A DNA stretch of 64,000 nucleotides, taken from NCBI GenBank assembly GCA_963664825.1, contig OY761614.1, positions 1,024,001 through 1,088,000 of the forward strand, written 5' to 3'. Below are positions 21,915-31,290 of the stretch, one piece after another. The notes under the pieces were generated by a model that was not told the DNA's origin, searched no databases, and saw only the letters and a list, made by a program, of their open reading frames with translations. The first letter of the stretch is position 1. Each line of letters opens with the position of its first letter. Both the position numbers and the translations under genes were made by a program. Source of the DNA: an uncultured Holophaga sp. (GTDB taxonomy: Bacteria > Acidobacteriota > Holophagae > Holophagales > Holophagaceae).

Positions 21915-21989
21915 GGGATCCTCTTGCCTAGATGTGCGGGCGATAGTGGCAAGGCCTTGTCCGCCCGCGGGGTTTAAACGAAGGGGCGA

Positions 21990-22268
21990 CTATTCGGCGA
22001 CCGGGGCAGAGCCCTCGGCGAGTTCGATATAGGCCTTTTTCATGGCACTGGTGGAGCCCAACCAACGACCGAGGCGCTTCGCTTTCGAAGGCACCCGAAC
22101 CGTGCGGACGGACTTGACCTTGGCCTGGAGCAGGAGTTCCGCAGCTTCCTTGATCTGATGCTTGGAGGCCCATGTGGCCACCTCGAACACCTGAACATTG
22201 GATTCGCGGAGAATCTGGCCCTTCTCGGTGAGAAGGGGCTTGCGGATCACTTCGAAAATCTTGGTCAT
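21990..22268 (-). CDS. rplW: 50S ribosomal protein L23
   Basis: PLLTEK and KKAYIEL; expected position. Confidence 0.96.
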   Translation of the reverse strand: MTKIFEVIRKPLLTEKGQILRESNVQVFEVATWASKHQIKEAAELLLQAKVKSVRTVRVPSKAKRLGRWLGSTSAMKKAYIELAEGSAPVAE

Positions 22269-22900
22269 GGCTTCACCACTTCCTGCAGGGCGAGGATGGC
22301 GTCTTTGGAGAAGATCACCTGGTCGTACTTCAGAAGTTCATAGACATTGACGCCCAGGCTCTCGATGATGGCCAGCTTGGGGTTGTTGCCCGAAGCGAGC
22401 TGCATCTTTTCGGAGGTCTCGGCACCCACGAGGAGAGCAGTGCCGTTGACACCCAGCTTGGCGAGTGTGTTGGAAAGGGCCTTCGTCTTGTGGGATGCGA
22501 GGTCCCAATTCTCCACCACCATCACCTGTCCATCCGCCATCTTGACGGAAAGGGCATTGCGAAGGGCAGAGCGGCGGGCCTTCTTGGGGAAGGCGTAATC
22601 GTAGGAGCGGGGGTGCGGCCCATGGACCGTAGAACCGCCCTTCCACAGCGCGCTGCGGATGGAACCGATGCGGGCGCGACCGGTGCCCTTCTGCTTCCAG
22701 AGCTTGCGACCGGAACCGCTGACTTCCCACTTATCCTTGGTGGAGGCAGTGCCTGCGCGACGCTTGGCGAGGAAGTGACGAACGGCTTCCCAGATCAGAT
22801 GTTTGTTGATGTCCTCGAGCTTGAAGACCTCGGAAAGCAGGTCGACGTTACCGACAGACTTGTTTTCAAGACTAATGACGGGGTGCTGGAAGGTGGCCAT
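22265..22900 (-). CDS. rplD: 50S ribosomal protein L4
   Basis: RAGTASTK, QKGTGRARIGS and GPHPRSY. Confidence 0.98.
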   Translation of the reverse strand: MATFQHPVISLENKSVGNVDLLSEVFKLEDINKHLIWEAVRHFLAKRRAGTASTKDKWEVSGSGRKLWKQKGTGRARIGSIRSALWKGGSTVHGPHPRSYDYAFPKKARRSALRNALSVKMADGQVMVVENWDLASHKTKALSNTLAKLGVNGTALLVGAETSEKMQLASGNNPKLAIIESLGVNVYELLKYDQVIFSKDAILALQEVVKP

Positions 22901-22902
22901 TC

Positions 22903-23529
22903 TTACGCCTCCTGCTTGATGACGACGTAGCCGCCCTTGGGGCCGGGCACGGCGCCCTTGATGAGCAGCAGGTTATTCTCGACGTCCACCTTGGCGATCT
23001 CGAGATTGCGGACGGTCACCTGCTCCGAACCCATGTGGCCGGGCATGCGCATTCCGGGCCATACACGACTGGGGTAGGACGAGTTGCCGATGGAACCGGG
23101 AGCGCGATGGAACATGGAACCGTGGGTCTCGCGTCCACCCTTGAAGTGGTGGCGCTTCATCACGCCGGCAAACCCCTTGCCCTTGCTGATGCCCGTGACA
23201 TGGACCTTGCCCTTTTCCTCGAACTGGGCAACAAGAATGCTGTCGCCAGCCTTGAGTCCACTCTCGGTCTCGATCTTGAATTCGCGAAGCACTCGCACGG
23301 GAGCCACGCCATTCTTCTCGCAGTGGCCCTTTTCCGCCTTGGAGGCACGCTTGCCGCCCTGGGGATCCACGAAGCCCAACTGCACGGCCTCGTATCCATC
23401 GTGGGAAGCAGTCTTGCGCTGGACGACCACACAGGGGCCAGCCTGGATGACAGTGACGGGGACAACCTGTCCCTTGTCGTTGAAGATCTGGGTCATGCCC
23501 AGTTTCTTGCCGATGATTCCGTTCGTCAT
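22903..23529 (-). CDS. rplC: 50S ribosomal protein L3
   Basis: [24 protein letters not shown] and GAVPG; GGAG SD before ATG 23529. Confidence 0.97.
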   Translation of the reverse strand: MTNGIIGKKLGMTQIFNDKGQVVPVTVIQAGPCVVVQRKTASHDGYEAVQLGFVDPQGGKRASKAEKGHCEKNGVAPVRVLREFKIETESGLKAGDSILVAQFEEKGKVHVTGISKGKGFAGVMKRHHFKGGRETHGSMFHRAPGSIGNSSYPSRVWPGMRMPGHMGSEQVTVRNLEIAKVDVENNLLLIKGAVPGPKGGYVVIKQEA

Positions 23530-23543
23530 GTTCTCCACCCCCT

Positions 23544-23870
23544 TTACCGGTTGCCCTGGCGGCTGAAGACCTTGATCTCGACGTCGACGCCCGCGGGCAG
23601 ATCGAGACGCATCAGGGTGTCCACCGTGTTCTGGGTGGGATTGAGGATGTCCAGAAGACGCTTGTGAGTGCGGATCTCGAACTGATCACGGCTCTTCTTG
23701 TCCACGTGAGGGGACCGGTTGACCGTGTACTTGCTGATCCGGGTCGGGAGAGGGATCGGGCCCGCAACCTGAGCGCCTGTGCGCTTGGCGGTATCCACGA
23801 TCTCCCGCGTCGACTGATCGAGCAGACGGTGGTCAAAGGCTCGCAGACGGATGCGAATGTTGTCCTTCAT
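23544..23870 (-). CDS. rpsJ: 30S ribosomal protein S10 (NusE)
   Basis: [17 protein letters not shown] and [10 protein letters not shown]. Confidence 0.98.
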   Translation of the reverse strand: MKDNIRIRLRAFDHRLLDQSTREIVDTAKRTGAQVAGPIPLPTRISKYTVNRSPHVDKKSRDQFEIRTHKRLLDILNPTQNTVDTLMRLDLPAGVDVEIKVFSRQGNR

Positions 23871-23964
23871 ATTCACTCCATTGGGACGGACAGACCGTCC
23901 ATAGATGTGGGGCGCTAGTCGCCCTTACGTTATAGATGTCCCGTCAACGGGGACAGGGCCATCC

Positions 23965-23992
23965 AGAATACCAAAAGCCAATGCAAATGCAA
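23965..23992 (-). promoter_or_regulatory. Putative sigma70-type promoter of the S10 operon
   Basis: TTGCAT-16 nt-TATTCT with an extended -10 (TGg) and an A-rich upstream tract. Confidence 0.6.
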
Positions 23993-24174
23993 TGGCTTTT
24001 TTTGATTTTCAAGGCCGTCCGGAGGGACCGTGCGGCAGGATCAAGAGGCCTCGATCAGGGATCTCGGGCGGCCTCACCCCCCTGACGGGGGCTGTGATGG
24101 GTATGACTTCATGGGGGGCCCGACGCGAACGAGTCTCGCAGGGCCTAGACCCGAGGGGCCCCTCGGGCTTCGTC

Positions 24175-26283
24175 TTACTTACTGCCCTTGACCTTGGCCA
24201 CGATTTCCTCGGCCACATTGCGGGGGGCCTCGTCATAGTGGCTGAACTGCATGGTGTAGGTGCCGCGTCCCTGGGTCATGGAACGCAGGGTGGTGGAGTA
24301 GGCGAACATCTCGGCCAGGGGCACCTTCGAGGTGATGACCCGGGCGCCGGCCCGCTCTTCCATGTTCTCGATGCGGCCGCGGCGACTGTTGAGGTTGCCG
24401 ATGACATCGCCCATGTAATCGTCGGGCGTCTCGATCTCCACGGCCATGATGGGCTCGAGGAGCACGGGATGAGCCTTCTCGCAGGCCGTCTTGAAGGCCA
24501 TGGAACCGGCGATCTTGAAGGCCATTTCGTTGGAATCGACCTCGTGATAGCTGCCGTCGTAGAGCGTGACCTTCACGTCCACCACGGGGAAGCCGGCCAG
24601 GACGCCCGAACGGAGGGCCTCCTGGACGCCCTGATCCACAGGCTTGATGTATTCCTTGGGCACGACGCCGCCCGAAATGGCATTGACGAACTCGTAGCCC
24701 TTGCCTGTCTCGTTGGGCTCCACCGTGAGGCGGACATGGCCGTACTGGCCGTGGCCACCTGTCTGGCGCACGAACTTGCCTTCGGCGTCCACCTTCTTGC
24801 GGATGGTCTCGCGGTAGGCCACCTGGGGCTTGCCCACGTTGGCCTCCACCTTGAATTCGCGCATCATGCGGTCGACGATGATCTCGAGATGCAGCTCACC
24901 CATACCGGCGATGATGGTCTGGTTGGTTTCGGGATCGGTACGCACCTTGAAGGTGGGATCTTCCTGGGCCAGTTTCTGGAGGGCGACGCCCATCTTCTCT
25001 TGGTCGACCTTGGTCTTGGGCTCGATGGCCACCTGGATGACGGGATCGGGGAAGTCCATGGATTCGAGCACCACCGGACTATCCTCGTCACAGATCGTCT
25101 CACCCGTGTAGACATCCTTGAAACCCACGGCCGCGCCGATATCACCGGTGCGGACTTCCGTGATGTCCTCGCGCTTATTGGCGTGCATCTGAAGCAGGCG
25201 GCCGATGCGGTCCCGACGCCCCTTGTTGGCGTTGTAGACGGCCGATCCCGCGGCCAGGATGCCGGAGTAGACGCGAATGAAGGCCAGGCTGCCCACGAAT
25301 GGATCGGCCATGATCTTGAAGATGAGGGCGCTGAAGGGCTCGCTATCGCTGGCCTTGCGCTCGGTGGGCTGGCCATCGAGGTCATGGCCCTGGATGGGCG
25401 GGATATCGACGGGACTGGGCATGTAGCTCACCACCGCGTCGAGCAGGGGCTGGACGCCCTTGTTCTTGAAGGCAGAGCCGCAGGTCATGGGCGTGAAGAG
25501 GAGTGCGAGGCAGCCCTTGCGGATACCCGCCCGGAGCTCGTCCTCGGTAAGCTGTTCGCCGCCGAGGTACTTCTCCATCAGTTGCTCGTCGGTCTCGGCC
25601 ACCAACTCAACCATGTGCTCGCGCCATTTGTTGGCCTCGGCCACGAGTTCGGCGGGAATCTCGCCATAGACGACATTGCTGCCCTTGTCGCTCTCGTCGA
25701 AGGTGAGGGCCTGCATGGTGACCAGATCGATGAGGCCTTTGAAGTTATCCTCAGCGCCGATGGGAATCTGAATGGGCATGGGCTTGGCGTGGAGGCGGGT
25801 CCTCATCATCTCGATGACCCGATAGAAATCCGCGCCTGTGCGATCCATCTTGTTCACGAAGGCCAGCCGGGGCACCTTGTACTTGTTGGCCTGCCGCCAG
25901 ACGGTCTCAGACTGGGGCTGCACACCGCCCACCGCGCAGAACACGGCTACAGAGCCGTCGAGCACCCGCAGGGAGCGCTCCACTTCGGCGGTGAAATCCA
26001 CGTGACCGGGGGTGTCGATGATATTGATGCGGTGCTCAACGCCGGTCAACAGGCCGGTCTGAGGGATCCAGGCCGCCGTGATGGCAGCCGAAGTGATGGT
26101 GATGCCGCGCTCCTGCTCCTGAACCATCCAGTCGGTGGTCGCGGCGCCGTCATGCACTTCGCCGATCTTGTGGATCTTCCCCGTGTAATAGAGGATGCGC
26201 TCCGTGGTCGTCGTCTTCCCGGCATCGATGTGGGCCATGATGCCAATATTGCGATAGCGCTCGAGAGGGGTCGTGCGGGCCAC
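24175..26283 (-). CDS. fusA: Elongation factor G
   Basis: GTG start behind [32 protein letters not shown] and GMGELHL. Confidence 0.98.
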   Translation of the reverse strand: MARTTPLERYRNIGIMAHIDAGKTTTTERILYYTGKIHKIGEVHDGAATTDWMVQEQERGITITSAAITAAWIPQTGLLTGVEHRINIIDTPGHVDFTAEVERSLRVLDGSVAVFCAVGGVQPQSETVWRQANKYKVPRLAFVNKMDRTGADFYRVIEMMRTRLHAKPMPIQIPIGAEDNFKGLIDLVTMQALTFDESDKGSNVVYGEIPAELVAEANKWREHMVELVAETDEQLMEKYLGGEQLTEDELRAGIRKGCLALLFTPMTCGSAFKNKGVQPLLDAVVSYMPSPVDIPPIQGHDLDGQPTERKASDSEPFSALIFKIMADPFVGSLAFIRVYSGILAAGSAVYNANKGRRDRIGRLLQMHANKREDITEVRTGDIGAAVGFKDVYTGETICDEDSPVVLESMDFPDPVIQVAIEPKTKVDQEKMGVALQKLAQEDPTFKVRTDPETNQTIIAGMGELHLEIIVDRMMREFKVEANVGKPQVAYRETIRKKVDAEGKFVRQTGGHGQYGHVRLTVEPNETGKGYEFVNAISGGVVPKEYIKPVDQGVQEALRSGVLAGFPVVDVKVTLYDGSYHEVDSNEMAFKIAGSMAFKTACEKAHPVLLEPIMAVEIETPDDYMGDVIGNLNSRRGRIENMEERAGARVITSKVPLAEMFAYSTTLRSMTQGRGTYTMQFSHYDEAPRNVAEEIVAKVKGSK

Positions 26284-26297
26284 GGGGGCCTCCTTAC

Positions 26298-26337
26298 AAA
26301 AAAGAATCACCACGAAGGCGCGAGGCCCCCGTGGTGA
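26298..26337 (-). terminator. Terminator-like hairpin between rpsG and fusA (can alternatively pair with the fusA SD/start)
   Basis: UCACCACGGGGGC-CUCGC-GCCUUCGUGGUGA (13 bp including 2 G-U) followed by UUCUUUUUU. Confidence 0.55.
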
Positions 26338-26349
26338 ACATTTTCCTGC

Positions 26350-26820
26350 CTACCAGCGGAAGTGAGCGAAGGCCTTGTTGGCTTCAGCCATCTTGTGGAC
26401 GTCGTCCTTCTTCTTCATGGCGGCGCCACGGAAGTTCATCGCGTCCAGGATCTCGCCGGCCAGCTTATCGCGCATGGTGCGCTCGCCACGAGAGGCCGAG
26501 TAGGCCTTCAGCCAACGCATGGCCAGGGACTGGCGGCGGTTCTGAGGAACCTCCACAGGCACCTGGTAGGTGGCGCCACCCACACGACGAGACTTGACCT
26601 CGACGGAGGGCTTGATGTTGGTGATGGCCTTATCGAAGGCATCCAACGCCAATTCGCCGGACTTCTTGGCCACGATTTCCAACGCTCCATAGAGGATGCG
26701 TTCGGCCGTGGCCTTCTTGCCGCGCTCCATGAGCACGTTGACGAACTTGGTGATGGTGACGCTGTTGTAAACAGGATCAGGAAGAATATCGCGCTTTGCG
26801 GGAGTACTGCGACGGGACAT
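26350..26820 (-). CDS. rpsG: 30S ribosomal protein S7
   Basis: [18 protein letters not shown] and [13 protein letters not shown]. Confidence 0.98.
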   Translation of the reverse strand: MSRRSTPAKRDILPDPVYNSVTITKFVNVLMERGKKATAERILYGALEIVAKKSGELALDAFDKAITNIKPSVEVKSRRVGGATYQVPVEVPQNRRQSLAMRWLKAYSASRGERTMRDKLAGEILDAMNFRGAAMKKKDDVHKMAEANKAFAHFRW

Positions 26821-26828
26821 GGCCTACC

Positions 26829-27227
26829 TCACTTCTTCTTCGCAGCGGCAGCACCGGCCTTGGGCCGCTTTGCGCCGTACTTGGAACGGGACTGGTTGCG
26901 GTTGGCGACGCCCGTGGCGTCGAGGGTGCCGCGAACCACGTGGTAGCGCACGCCAGGCAGATCCTTCACACGACCACCACGGATGAGCACGATGCTGTGC
27001 TCCTGCAGGTTGTGTCCCACACCGGGAATGTAGGTGGTGCACTCGATGCCGTTGGTGAGACGGACACGGGCCACCTTACGAAGCGCGGAGTTCGGCTTCT
27101 TAGGCGTGGTGGTGAAGACGCGCGTGCAAACGCCGCGCTTCTGGGGGCAGGCGTTGAGCGCGGGGCTCTTCGTCTTGTTCTGGAAGGTCGTCCGCCCGTG
27201 GCGGATCAGCTGATTGATGGTTGGCAC
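26829..27227 (-). CDS. rpsL: 30S ribosomal protein S12
   Basis: GTG start (MPTINQL) behind [17 protein letters not shown] and KDLPGVRY. Confidence 0.98.
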   Translation of the reverse strand: MPTINQLIRHGRTTFQNKTKSPALNACPQKRGVCTRVFTTTPKKPNSALRKVARVRLTNGIECTTYIPGVGHNLQEHSIVLIRGGRVKDLPGVRYHVVRGTLDATGVANRNQSRSKYGAKRPKAGAAAAKKK

Positions 27228-27350
27228 TCCAACCTCCTTGCGTGGGCACCAGGAACGTCCTGGGCCTGAGCCCGAGAGGTCGAACACCGCAGGGGCGGCG
27301 ACATCGGACAGACGTGAAACGGCGCGACCCACCGGGGTCGGGAACCTTTG

Positions 27351-27378
27351 ATCCTAGCAAAATGCCAAGGAAAGTCAA
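27351..27378 (-). promoter_or_regulatory. Putative sigma70-type promoter of the str (rpsL) operon
   Basis: TTGACT-16 nt-TAGGAT with an extended -10 (TGc). Confidence 0.65.
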
Positions 27379-27448
27379 AGCCAAATGCCGCAGAGATCAA
27401 GCCTCCGTCCGAGAACAACCCGAGAAGGTGAGGCGATCAGCAGGGGGC

Positions 27449-27703
27449 CTAATGGCAGGCGCAGGACCCACCACAGCAGCTGGTTGGTTTAGCAGGGGTT
27501 TCCGACTTCTCGGAGGCGCCCTTCCCGTACCCTTGGGCGTACCAGCCGCTTCCCACGAGAGTGAAGGCCCCTACAGAAATCTGGCGGTGCATGCCATCAG
27601 CCTGTCCACAGGCGGGGCAATCGTGGTGATCCGGGGCCGAGATTTTTTCAAGGTTTTCTTCGGACTGCCCGCAGGCATCGCACCGATATTCGTAAAGCGG
27701 CAT
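27449..27703 (-). CDS. FmdB family zinc-ribbon protein with a Cys-rich tail
   Basis: MPLYEYRCDACG...CPACG...GSGWY signature; ends SCCGGSCACH. Confidence 0.88.
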   Translation of the reverse strand: MPLYEYRCDACGQSEENLEKISAPDHHDCPACGQADGMHRQISVGAFTLVGSGWYAQGYGKGASEKSETPAKPTSCCGGSCACH

Positions 27704-27764
27704 GGCTTCCTCGTGTTCTAAGGGGGCGTTTAGCCCTAACCTTCAAGTTTAGCCTGGACGCCCC

Positions 27765-28256
27765 ATGCCTGCACTCGACCGTTTCTTCCCAGATCCCGAA
27801 GCCTACTGGCGCGCCTTCCCAGAGCGCCCAGGAAAACTCTGCTTCACTAACGGCTGCTTCGATCTGATCCACCCCGGCCACGTCCAGTACCTCGAGGAGG
27901 TTCGCGCCCTGGGTGACTTCCTGATCGTGGGCTTGAATAGCGATACCAGCGTGCGGCGCCTGAAGGGCCCCAGTCGCCCCCTTCAGGACGAATGGGCCAG
28001 GGCCCGGATCCTGCTCGGCCTACGGAGCGTGGACGCGGTCATCTGCTTCGACGAGGACACGCCCATGGAACTCATCCAGGCCCTCCGTCCCGATATCCTC
28101 GCCAAGGGCGGCGACTACACACCTGAGGCGGTGGTGGGCAAGGATATCGTGGAGGCCAGAGGGGGAAGATTGGTCCTGGTGCCCTTCCTTCCCGGCCATA
28201 GCACCTCCCTCATCGAGGACCGTATCCGGAAGGGATGCGGCGTCCTGGGCGCGTGA
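27765..28256 (+). CDS. rfaE2: D-glycero-beta-D-manno-heptose 1-phosphate adenylyltransferase (stand-alone HldE domain II)
   Basis: [31 protein letters not shown] and GHSTS. Confidence 0.9.
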   Translation: MPALDRFFPDPEAYWRAFPERPGKLCFTNGCFDLIHPGHVQYLEEVRALGDFLIVGLNSDTSVRRLKGPSRPLQDEWARARILLGLRSVDAVICFDEDTPMELIQALRPDILAKGGDYTPEAVVGKDIVEARGGRLVLVPFLPGHSTSLIEDRIRKGCGVLGA

Positions 28257-28338
28257 CAGCCACGCAACCCAGGGCCTCCAGTCCTTTTCGAGGCTGAACG
28301 CTACGAGCCCAGCCCACAGCCGCCATACTCAGATCCCT

Positions 28339-30072
28339 ATGGAACTTCCGCCCTGGCCTTCCTCCACCTTTTCCAGCCACCGACGCCTCCTTCTGGCGGT
28401 CGGCATCACCCTGATCACCGGCCTCCTGCTGCGCGCCGAAGGTTGCGGGGCCTTGTCCTCCGGACTCCTGGTGCTCGTCGCCTGGTGGGCCTGGAGCCTC
28501 GCCGAGGCCTGGTTCCATGCCCTCCGACTCAGTCGCGGGGAGCGTCTCTGGTCCGCAGACGCCTCCGGGGAAAGCATCCTGCGGGAAGTCTCCCGGGCCA
28601 GCCTCGCCCGGGGCGAAACGGGCTACCGCCTCCATCTCCTCGCCTCCCGGGTCTGGCTCAAGGAGGGCGACCGGGCCCAGGCTTGGCAGGAATCCTTCCT
28701 GGCCCATCTCTGCCGTCTGCCCCTCTGGAAACGCCTTCCGATCCTCATCTACGGCCACCTGGGCCCGCACCTTCCCGTGCAGGCCGCCACCGCCTGGGAA
28801 GCCCGCCTGTACCGCTTCGCCCCGGAGATGCCCTCCTTGAGCCATCGCCTCGCCTCGCGAACCCTGGCCACAGGAGTGTCTGCCCTCGAAAAATCTGCCT
28901 GGGAGCTGTTCCTCGCCACCCTGCCCACGGCCCAGGATGACCCCCTGCTCCTGGAATCCATGCTGCTCGGCGCCCTGGAACGCATCCAGCACGCCGACCA
29001 GCTGGGCCATCAGGACTGGAGCCCCCTGGTTCCCTATCTCTTCGAGGAGGTACTTCGCCTGCTGCTCCGGCGCCACGGGGAGTCCCGGGTGGCCTGGGAT
29101 CGCGAGGCCCCGGCCCTCCATCTGCTGCGCCAGGGCCGTCTCCGGGAGGTGATCCAGCTGGCCCAGAGCCTCCCCCTCTCCCGGAGGAGTGCGGCGCTCT
29201 GCGAAGGGGAGATCAGCGCCCTGCGCCAGACAGGGGACCTCCGAGGGGCACAGGCGGCCATCCGCGCAGCCCTGAAGCTATATCCATCCTCCTTCCGCCT
29301 CTGGATGGAGCGCTTCCAGGCGGCCATGGCGGCATCGGAAACGGGCATCGCCCTGGATTCCATGGAGAGGGCCGAAGGCTTGCTTCCGGCCCTTCCCGAG
29401 AGGGACCGCCCGAGGCATGAAGGCGAATGGCACCTGCGACGCGCTGAATACGCCCACTGGATCCAGCGGGACCCAGACCTCGCCTGGATACACCTCCAGG
29501 CCCTGTCCGAGGCCTCCCGGGAAGAAAATGGACTCCTGGTGCTCCAGGTCCAGATGGCCCTCGAACACTACGCGGCCGCCCAGGAAGGGGCCCGCAGACT
29601 CCTGACCCGCCACCCCCAGGATACGGAATTGCTGCTTCTCCAAGCCGAGTGCATGGCGGGAACGGACGCCTGGGCGACCCTCCTCCCCTTCCTGGAACGC
29701 CTCCCGGAAGAAACGCGGGAGCGGTCGGTTTTCTGGCACCTGAAGGGCCTGGCCCAGGCTCATCTCGGCAGCGCCCAGGAGGCCCGGGAGGATCTGGAAA
29801 TCGCCGCCCACATGGCTCCCCGGGACCTCCAGATGACCCTGGACGCGGGCCACGCCGCCGCGGAAATGGGGGATCATGTCCGGGCCGAACACCACTGGCG
29901 GCGGGCCCTCCAGCTGGACCCGAAGTGTGAAGAGGCGCTCATCCAGTTGGCCGACACCCGTCATGCCAGGCAGGACCCGGAAGGAGCGCGGCGCCTGCTG
30001 CGGGAGTGCCTCCTCCACCACCCCGATAGTGAAGGGGCCCAGAGCTTCCTGACGGAGCTGGAAGCCAATTAG
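28339..30072 (+). CDS. Membrane-anchored tetratricopeptide-repeat protein, function unknown
   Basis: Two N-terminal hydrophobic segments, an all-helical Ala/Leu-rich body and C-terminal TPR-like units (A...W..AL.LDP). Confidence 0.65.
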   Translation: MELPPWPSSTFSSHRRLLLAVGITLITGLLLRAEGCGALSSGLLVLVAWWAWSLAEAWFHALRLSRGERLWSADASGESILREVSRASLARGETGYRLHLLASRVWLKEGDRAQAWQESFLAHLCRLPLWKRLPILIYGHLGPHLPVQAATAWEARLYRFAPEMPSLSHRLASRTLATGVSALEKSAWELFLATLPTAQDDPLLLESMLLGALERIQHADQLGHQDWSPLVPYLFEEVLRLLLRRHGESRVAWDREAPALHLLRQGRLREVIQLAQSLPLSRRSAALCEGEISALRQTGDLRGAQAAIRAALKLYPSSFRLWMERFQAAMAASETGIALDSMERAEGLLPALPERDRPRHEGEWHLRRAEYAHWIQRDPDLAWIHLQALSEASREENGLLVLQVQMALEHYAAAQEGARRLLTRHPQDTELLLLQAECMAGTDAWATLLPFLERLPEETRERSVFWHLKGLAQAHLGSAQEAREDLEIAAHMAPRDLQMTLDAGHAAAEMGDHVRAEHHWRRALQLDPKCEEALIQLADTRHARQDPEGARRLLRECLLHHPDSEGAQSFLTELEAN

Positions 30073-30075
30073 CCT

Positions 30076-31170
30076 TCATTTCGCCTTGGGCTCCCCGACC
30101 TTCCCCTTCTGCTGCTCCCGGATCGCGGCCAGCTTGCCGTCGTAGCGCTCCCGTTCCTCCGGGATCGCCCAGTGTTGGGCCTGTTCCAGGGCCTTAACCG
30201 CGGCCTCGGTACTGCCCAGCAGGATCTGAAGCCGGGCAAGCGTCAGGAAGAATTCGGGTTCGCGGGGCTGGAGCTTGAGGGCCGTCTTGATGCGCTTCTC
30301 CGCTTCCCCGTAGTCCCCCGCAGCCATGGCCTCCTCGGCCAGGAAGGCGTGGAAGAAGGGGTCCTTCTTCCGAACGACCTCTCCCAACATCCGAAAGCGG
30401 ATGGCCTCTTCTAAACGCCCCTGTTCCCGCAGGAGGGTCTCCATGTTCCCGATGGCGGAGCTATCCTTCGGGTCGCAGGCCAGGGAGCGCCGGAAGGCCT
30501 TTTCCGCGGCCTCCAGCTCCCCCCGGGACTTGCGGACCACACCCAGAATGTTCCAGCCCACGCTCATGGCTGGGTCGATCCGGATGGAGGCTTCGGCCTT
30601 GGCCAGGGCTTCATCGATTTGCGCCCCCTCCAGCAGTTCCACGGCCCGGTTGGCGAAGAAGAGGGCCTTGACCCGCTCCCGAGACTGCACCATCACCCGG
30701 TAGACCCCCACCCGGCGCCGCAATTGGGGCAGGAAATCCGCCACCACATCCTCGCTAGGAGGCAGGGGTACGAGGGCGACCAGATGGCGTTCGAAGCGGA
30801 TCACCGACCCCACGCGCCGCCACCGGTTCGTATTGAGGGCCTCGGCATACTGGGCGCGGATGCCGACGGAATCACAGGCCGCGATGTAGAAGGCCGTCAG
30901 GGAGAGGCAATTCGCCTTCCGGTCCCGCCAAACCTCTGCCACCGTCCGGGTATGGCTGTTGTCATAGACCATCCCCAGGCCCCCGTCGGCTTCTGGTCGG
31001 AAGATGGCATCCAGCAGGTGCTGCAGCTTCGCCTTTGTGGGGGATTGCGCGGCTGTGGCCCTCCGGGCAAAAACCTGGATTTCCGGGAGAACCGCCAGGG
31101 GGTCCTGTTCCTCCCCCAAGGCCGGGAGGCAGCAGATCAGGGCTGGGATCGCGCCATAGCGCACGGGCAC
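30076..31170 (-). CDS. Exported transglutaminase-like (Cys-His-Asp) domain protein with C-terminal TPRs
   Basis: Signal-like N-terminus; KANCLSLT, ERHLVA and VADF; TPR units (GWNILGVV...AFRRSL..DP). Confidence 0.7.
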   Translation of the reverse strand: MPVRYGAIPALICCLPALGEEQDPLAVLPEIQVFARRATAAQSPTKAKLQHLLDAIFRPEADGGLGMVYDNSHTRTVAEVWRDRKANCLSLTAFYIAACDSVGIRAQYAEALNTNRWRRVGSVIRFERHLVALVPLPPSEDVVADFLPQLRRRVGVYRVMVQSRERVKALFFANRAVELLEGAQIDEALAKAEASIRIDPAMSVGWNILGVVRKSRGELEAAEKAFRRSLACDPKDSSAIGNMETLLREQGRLEEAIRFRMLGEVVRKKDPFFHAFLAEEAMAAGDYGEAEKRIKTALKLQPREPEFFLTLARLQILLGSTEAAVKALEQAQHWAIPEERERYDGKLAAIREQQKGKVGEPKAK

Positions 31171-31290
31171 CTCACAGGCCCAAGATACAGCCCTCTCAGG
31201 CCCAGGCCACTGCGATCAGGGACAAAGGGCGCCCTCCCAGGGGCAGACCGGAACCTCAAACTGCTTCAAGATGGAACCCTGGAGTCCAAC

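Noticed and set aside
30619..31290. N-terminal extensions of the formyltransferase, pnp (39640-39999), glnA (59700-60131) and tuf (56180-56350) ORFs
   Set aside because: They overlap other genes or tRNAs. Downstream starts have clear SDs and match the family N-termini.
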